Shown here: piece after piece, positions 57,555 through 62,838 of the stretch
Layout: each line of letters starts with the position of its first letter
How positions within the stretch are numbered: the first letter of the stretch is position 1
Virus record (IMG/VR): IMGVR_UViG_3300033121_002345
Strand: one strand, 5' to 3'
Length of the DNA: 62,838 bases
DNA from: an uncultured virus (IMG/VR IMGVR_UViG_3300033121_002345)
Lineage: Duplodnaviria; Heunggongvirae; Uroviricota; Caudoviricetes
Made by a program: the position numbers and the translations under genes
The notes under the pieces: model-generated
Told to the model about the DNA's origin: nothing
Databases searched by the model: none
The model's input: the letters and a program-made list of their open reading frames with translations, nothing else

Positions 57555-58967
57555 GTGACTGTGCGCTTCCTTGCAGCAGACAAGGTCACCGACCCTAAGT
57601 CAGCCGAGAGGGTTCTGACGAAGTACAAGAACCGAGAGGCCTCCATGGCTCTCGATTCCCAGTCTTTTGAAGGAACCATCCTCGCTGTCAAGGCGGATGG
57701 GGGAACCCTTCGTGTTCAATTCACTTGGGCGAAGGATCAAGACCAGGACATCTCGGACATCGAGCATGTTCAGCGCTTCGCCAAGACGAAGATCGGGTCC
57801 ATGGTGCGTTTCAAGGTGGGAACCGACGAATTCGTGGGCCTTCTGTCGGGAATGACAGACCTCCCTGAGGGAGCCACGTTTGAGCGGTACATCGACTCTC
57901 CGTTCGTGCTGACATTCGCCTTCTCGGCCCAAGACCAGCAACCGAGGGCTGCCGACTTTGAGGAGAGTGGCATCATCGGTGTTCCTGTTCCGGACAACAT
58001 CGCTGAGATGCTCCCGCTCGACTCGGATCTGCCGTACGCGCCACACATCACGGTGTGCTTCTTCCCTAAGCTCACGGCTAAGGTTGTGGAGAAGATCCTT
58101 CCGCTAGCCATGGAAGCTGCGGAAATTGTTGGCAGTTTCGATGTTCAGATCGACGGAGGCACCACCTTCCCGACTCCGCAGGATGACGGTACCTACCCGC
58201 ATGTTGCCCTCATCAAGAGCCAAGGACTCACTGATTTCCACGACCTGGTTGTGGAGCTGTGCGAGCATCATCACCCCGGGCTGGTGGATACCACGTTTGC
58301 TCTGAAGAACTACACGCCACACTTGACTTTGTCCTACTCGGACGACCCCACACTCTCCCCCACAGTCAAGGCTCTTGCGTGGAACGTAGACCACCTGACT
58401 CTGAATGTGGGGAAGAAAGAGAAGTTCCCCATCCCTCTTTCGGAAGGGTCAATGAAGGAAGGGTCGACGGTTGAAGTCCCTTACTTCCAGCGTGGCGACG
58501 TGAAGATTCCGGTTCGAATCGGAGGGGCTCACGACAACAGCATGAAGGTCCGCCTGAAGGACCCAAGTCAGGCTGGTATCTTCGGGGACCTAGAAGGTGA
58601 GCAGGTCAAGCTGGTCACCAAGAAGGCTGAACAGGATATGGAAATCCTGGAGCTGCGAGAGTCTGGGCCCGACACCTTCCAGGTTTCCTACCGCTCTTTG
58701 TCGGTCTTCATGCCCAAGGCAGCGGCTTCGAAGTTGCGCTTTGTCGCTATGGTTGCTCGCGATCGAGGGTGCGAGAAGCTAGCCAAGCGTTTGCGCAAAT
58801 TCAAGGACGCCGAGGACGAGGAAGAGCCCGAAGACGTAGAAGCTTTGGGCCCGGGTTTCGAAGGTACCGATCCACACATCGTTACCTATGTGAAAGCTCC
58901 CCAAACCCAGGTTATTGTGGAGGAGCCCAAGTTCACTCGGAAATTGCCTCTCCATGAGAGGATCTGA
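57555..58967 (+). CDS. Multidomain protein with 2H phosphoesterase (2'-5' RNA ligase/Acb1-like) domain
   Basis: Two HxT motifs, PHITV and YTPHLTLSY. Confidence 0.75.
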   Translation: MTVRFLAADKVTDPKSAERVLTKYKNREASMALDSQSFEGTILAVKADGGTLRVQFTWAKDQDQDISDIEHVQRFAKTKIGSMVRFKVGTDEFVGLLSGMTDLPEGATFERYIDSPFVLTFAFSAQDQQPRAADFEESGIIGVPVPDNIAEMLPLDSDLPYAPHITVCFFPKLTAKVVEKILPLAMEAAEIVGSFDVQIDGGTTFPTPQDDGTYPHVALIKSQGLTDFHDLVVELCEHHHPGLVDTTFALKNYTPHLTLSYSDDPTLSPTVKALAWNVDHLTLNVGKKEKFPIPLSEGSMKEGSTVEVPYFQRGDVKIPVRIGGAHDNSMKVRLKDPSQAGIFGDLEGEQVKLVTKKAEQDMEILELRESGPDTFQVSYRSLSVFMPKAAASKLRFVAMVARDRGCEKLAKRLRKFKDAEDEEEPEDVEALGPGFEGTDPHIVTYVKAPQTQVIVEEPKFTRKLPLHERI

Positions 58968-58983
58968 AAGCGGGTATTGAGAG

Positions 58984-59466
58984 ATGGCCAATCTAACTGA
59001 AGAAGAGAAGCAGTTGCTCACAGCAGCAAAGAAGCTTCGCCGAATTGTCAAGGCAGACGTCGAAAAGACCGCGAATCCGGCGCTCCTTGCGCTAGTCGAA
59101 GCGATCGGCCCTGCGCTGGCTCGTTTTGGACCGCAGCTCATGCAGATGGTTCGGTCGATTCCTCCCCAGGCGTGGGGACAGATCGCACAGAACATCATCG
59201 GAATGCTCGGGCACGCAGCAGAGTCGGCCAGTAAGGCGGCATCCACGGACGCCAAGACTCGCGCAGCTCGCACTGCCGCCGCTGTCGAGAAGACGCTGAC
59301 CAAGGCTGGCGTCAAGAACGCCAAGGCGGTCTCGCAGAAGGTCGTGCTGGCTTCGATTCAGGCTGTTGCGGACCACCGCAAGAAGGCGAACCCGAAGCTG
59401 ACGAAGGCCCTCGCAATGATCACCAAGGCCCAAACCGAAATCGCACTGCTCCGCGAGTTTGTGTGA
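58984..59466 (+). CDS. Hypothetical Ala/Lys-rich protein
   Basis: 160 aa in operon. Confidence 0.6.
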   Translation: MANLTEEEKQLLTAAKKLRRIVKADVEKTANPALLALVEAIGPALARFGPQLMQMVRSIPPQAWGQIAQNIIGMLGHAAESASKAASTDAKTRAARTAAAVEKTLTKAGVKNAKAVSQKVVLASIQAVADHRKKANPKLTKALAMITKAQTEIALLREFV

Positions 59467-60299
59467 TGGACGTGCTTCCTCTCGACCAGCAGAAGAAGGC
59501 GGTCCTGTACGCGCCAAAGGATCTTCTGTGGAAGATCGCGGAGGAAGAGGACGCTTGGTTGAAGCTGTTGAAGCTACTGCCCGAGCAGTACTACAACCAG
59601 TTTCTGGGACGCCTGCGCCTCATGGGCGTGGCAGACCCGAACCAGATCCGGAACATGGCCAAGGTGTACGTCCAGAACAAGGCCCGGCTGGACCACCTTC
59701 AGGAAGCCATTGCGGCTGCATGGAGCCCTACCAACCTTGAAGAGGCTACTTCGTACCTGAAGGAGAACGGCTTCCTCAACCGCCCGCTGATGCCGCTCAA
59801 TCTTCAGGCTGAGGCTTCTGACGAAGAAATCCGTGCAGTTGTTGCCGAGGTTGAGGCCATGCCTCGGGCAACTCGTCTTCGTCTGGCTCGGGCTGCAAAG
59901 GGGACCTCCCCGAAGATTGGCAATCCCCCAGATGGGGCTGGCCCAGAAGCTACGAAGTGCTGGAACCAAGTCCTGAGGGACCCGAAGCGTCGCAAGACAA
60001 TTCTCGCTCCGAAGTCGCTGGAAGACCAGTGGGGCCTGGCTCACAAGTTCTGGCTTCGCGAATGCGCGCAGCAGGGAGTTCCGGCGTACAAGAGTCCCGC
60101 CGATAGCTCTTCCTCGCACGCCAAGACCGCGATGCGCCGATCATACAACGAACTCCACAACAGCTTGTGCAGTGGAGGCTACACCATGTCTCGGCCCGCA
60201 GCTCGACTGATGCGTCAGCTCTTTGACCAGTTGGTTGCTGACGGCCATGATTTGGGAGAGTGGCATCCAGTTAAGCCTAAGACCCCTAAGGGAATCTGA
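59466..60299 (+). CDS. Hypothetical protein
   Basis: ORF with TGATG coupling. Confidence 0.65.
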   Translation: MDVLPLDQQKKAVLYAPKDLLWKIAEEEDAWLKLLKLLPEQYYNQFLGRLRLMGVADPNQIRNMAKVYVQNKARLDHLQEAIAAAWSPTNLEEATSYLKENGFLNRPLMPLNLQAEASDEEIRAVVAEVEAMPRATRLRLARAAKGTSPKIGNPPDGAGPEATKCWNQVLRDPKRRKTILAPKSLEDQWGLAHKFWLRECAQQGVPAYKSPADSSSSHAKTAMRRSYNELHNSLCSGGYTMSRPAARLMRQLFDQLVADGHDLGEWHPVKPKTPKGI

Positions 60300-61945
60300 T
60301 GTCTGCCAAGACCCTTCTTGAGAAACGCGCCATCCTCCTTCAGAAGCTCGCGTACGAGATTCTGACGAATCCGTCTGTCCGTTTGGCAACGGTGGCGAAT
60401 CTCGTTGGAGACCCGACGCTCTTCGACAAGGATCTCAGCACAGTCCTTTCCATTCTCTTCTCGCACAACAACCTGAAGAGCGAGAAGCTCAACGCAGCCG
60501 AGCAGCCGATCAAGCTTCTCGAACAAGTCTACCAGGATTTGGAAGCACGCGGATTCAAGCTCCCGAACTTCAAGCGTCGGTACGAGTGGATCAAGTCCAC
60601 TACTGGCGGCTCGTTCAACAACGAGAAGCGACAGTTCGAGGGCGGAGAAGCCCGAGCGCTCGACAAGCCTCTTCGACGTCTGCACGAGAGCTTCTACGAG
60701 CTTCGTATGCACGACGATGGGCATGCGAAGGACAACCTGGGGCGACAGCTCTCCAAGAACACTGGAGCCGAGCTGACTGGCTTGGTCGAGAATCTCATCA
60801 CCTCTGTCAAGAAGCTAGAGACTGAGGGCCACGCATACTCTGTTGGTAGCGATGAGTCTCGTGCCGGTAAGCAGCGGACTGAATTCCTGGACAAGCGGTA
60901 CGACGAGGTTGCCTCCCTCATCAACAAGTCGGTCGGAACTTCGGCAGAGGGTCCAGTCATCACCATCTACCACATTCATGGCGATGAGATCTCCGGCGAT
61001 CGTCTGTACGTCGTGCCAGAGAAGGATCTTCCGGGGCTCGCGAAGGCTGTTGAGGCCGCTCGTCCTGAATGGGACCTGGACCAGAACAGCAAGTGGGAGT
61101 TCGTCTCCAAGCTGCTTTCTTCCCCGTCCAGTTATCAGATCAAGGTCGTTTTTCCGGAGAGCACGAACGCTGGCGACCCACACATGTGGAGAGCCGCTCT
61201 TCAACTCCTGAAGACCAAGACCGGAGACCAGGTTCAAACCGAGCTGGACGGGAACAAGGCTACCCTCACTTCAAGTCGAAAGGACTTGCTGGAGAAGGCG
61301 TCGAAGGCACTGGAGGATCGATTCCACGCAAAGGCTGGCCTGATGCGTGGCGCTCGCAGTGTGGAGCAGTTTGAGGCAGAACAGAACCTGCTCAACAGCA
61401 TTGCCCAGCCAAGCAAGGACGGCGGGTCGATCGTCAAGCTCGTTCGCCTGCCCTTTGCGCCTGATCAAATTGACGACGCATTCCCCTCCGTCGAAGTGCG
61501 TGAGGACGAATACATCGGAAAGCACATCTCCAAGATCAGCTTGGAGCTGATTCGCAAGTCTCGTTTCTCGGGATTCGTGGACTTCGACGACAAGTACCGC
61601 ATGATGATTCTCTGGGCCAACGCTCCGTCGGATGACCAGAAGGACGCAGAAGGGCAGACCTTCCGTGAGCACCTTGTGCAAATCCTGAAGGACCACCAGA
61701 AGGAATTCGCTGGCGTCATGGGTCAGTCGCCTGAGGTCGTCAAGACCAAGACCGGAGCTGCCTACTACTTCCCGAAGCCTTCCAGCATCCCGAGAGTCAT
61801 CAAAGGACGTGCAGGTCTGGAGAAGGCCATCGACTCGGTCAATGAAGACCTGCAGGCGATGGAACAGCATACCCGTGTCGAGCGCACCTTCAATCGAAAC
61901 ATCGACGCTGACGAGCTTCCCGTTGGCCTTGAAGAGGTAGGCTGA
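60299..61945 (+). CDS. Hypothetical protein
   Basis: 548 aa, TGATG coupling. Confidence 0.7.
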   Translation: MSAKTLLEKRAILLQKLAYEILTNPSVRLATVANLVGDPTLFDKDLSTVLSILFSHNNLKSEKLNAAEQPIKLLEQVYQDLEARGFKLPNFKRRYEWIKSTTGGSFNNEKRQFEGGEARALDKPLRRLHESFYELRMHDDGHAKDNLGRQLSKNTGAELTGLVENLITSVKKLETEGHAYSVGSDESRAGKQRTEFLDKRYDEVASLINKSVGTSAEGPVITIYHIHGDEISGDRLYVVPEKDLPGLAKAVEAARPEWDLDQNSKWEFVSKLLSSPSSYQIKVVFPESTNAGDPHMWRAALQLLKTKTGDQVQTELDGNKATLTSSRKDLLEKASKALEDRFHAKAGLMRGARSVEQFEAEQNLLNSIAQPSKDGGSIVKLVRLPFAPDQIDDAFPSVEVREDEYIGKHISKISLELIRKSRFSGFVDFDDKYRMMILWANAPSDDQKDAEGQTFREHLVQILKDHQKEFAGVMGQSPEVVKTKTGAAYYFPKPSSIPRVIKGRAGLEKAIDSVNEDLQAMEQHTRVERTFNRNIDADELPVGLEEVG

Positions 61946-62358
61946 TGACTATCATCGCGTACAAAGACCAAGGGTTTGCGGCTGTAAGCATTGTCACCAA
62001 GCAGACAGACGGAACGCTGGTGACACCGGACCAGGCACCGCTGTGCACTTTCTTTCGGGTGAATCCGGAGACTGGTGCTCTGAAGATCGATCTGGCGATG
62101 GGTACTCTTGGTCAGGTCAGTCTTTCATTGGTCTCGGGCAGCTCCTTCCTCTACTCCGCACCGATCGATCTCAGCCAAGCGGCCTTCGAGCTGTACGAGA
62201 TGACGATCGCGTACCAGTACGGTCAGGCCTCAGGCTCCAACATGGAGCGCATCACGTTGATCGTGAGCCAGCCAGACACCATCATTTACCGCAGTCGAAA
62301 CATCACCATCGGGTCGCAGGGAACGACGTTCAAGGCGCCCACACCTACTCTTCCCTAA
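61945..62358 (+). CDS. Hypothetical beta-rich (Ig-like) virion protein
   Basis: 137 aa, TGATG coupling. Confidence 0.55.
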   Translation: MTIIAYKDQGFAAVSIVTKQTDGTLVTPDQAPLCTFFRVNPETGALKIDLAMGTLGQVSLSLVSGSSFLYSAPIDLSQAAFELYEMTIAYQYGQASGSNMERITLIVSQPDTIIYRSRNITIGSQGTTFKAPTPTLP

Positions 62359-62838
62359 GTGGCACCCTCTAGCACACCGACGAGCCTTACTCTTGACGGT
62401 CGCGCCGAGTACTATCCGGACGGCGACACCGTGTTTGTCGCTGTGTTTCTGGTGGACCCGGAGCTGGGGATGGGATTTCCTGGATTGGTGAAGTCTGGTC
62501 ACTGCTCCCTCCTCTACCGAACCACAACCATTCGGAGAATTGACTTCGACAAGCGGTTCGGAAACGGGGAGGGCGCTGAAGGCGACTTCATCTTCCAGTT
62601 CAGCCATCCCAGTGTCACTACTGACCTGCGGATCGAACTGGAGGTCGAGGCCCCTCTTCCCCCTCCCCCGCAGCCCCCAAACCAGAATCCGCAGCCGACA
62701 CCGCCGGGCATCTACAAGAAGACCATCCCCGTCACGCGTGCGGACAACCCCTACATTCCTCTTCAGCCCACGCCGCTTACGGGTGAGGGGGCCAATGATG
62801 AGCTGCGCAGCCAGGCTCGCATCAAGGAGCTGGTATGA
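62359..62838 (+). CDS. Hypothetical protein
   Basis: 159 aa ending at window end. Confidence 0.55.
   Translation: MAPSSTPTSLTLDGRAEYYPDGDTVFVAVFLVDPELGMGFPGLVKSGHCSLLYRTTTIRRIDFDKRFGNGEGAEGDFIFQFSHPSVTTDLRIELEVEAPLPPPPQPPNQNPQPTPPGIYKKTIPVTRADNPYIPLQPTPLTGEGANDELRSQARIKELV

Noticed and set aside
1..62838. Stop-codon reassignment suggested by the phage release factor
   Set aside because: Genes are full length and tightly packed under the standard code; the only internal TGA identified is in the frameshift cassette

Overview
Densely coded, GC-rich segment of a large (jumbo-type) tailed dsDNA phage, most likely a myovirus; no cellular housekeeping context, rRNA, tRNA or CRISPR array is evident. 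Layout: (1) 1-12.5 kb, minus strand: baseplate/tail module (wedge, J-like, gp25-like, spike, hub fused to an M23 peptidase) with an embedded Dps-like gene; (2) 12.5-30 kb, minus: replication, recombination and nucleotide genes (NDT-like, SbcD/Mre11, RecA/UvsX, degenerate-looking topoisomerase IA, gp32-like SSB, sigma70-family factor, SWIM protein, TIGR02757, nrdAB, Cas4-like nuclease, primase); (3) 30-38 kb: virion/neck genes, endonuclease VII, candidate lysin, RuvC; (4) 38-42 kb: accessory block (release factor, Hsp20, NadE); (5) 42.5-62.8 kb, plus: head module (terminase, portal, protease, scaffold, decoration, major capsid) and many unknown proteins, one with a 2H phosphoesterase domain. 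Most striking: an RF1-like, domain-1-less peptide release factor with a non-canonical PPN motif, whose reading frame is interrupted by a prfB(RF2)-type +1 frameshift cassette (GGAGG-TCT-CTT-TGA-C). Also notable: a shared R-hydrophobic-x-x-hydrophobic-A motif across head-module proteins and two recurring intergenic motifs that are promoter candidates. All product calls come from motifs read by eye, not database searches.
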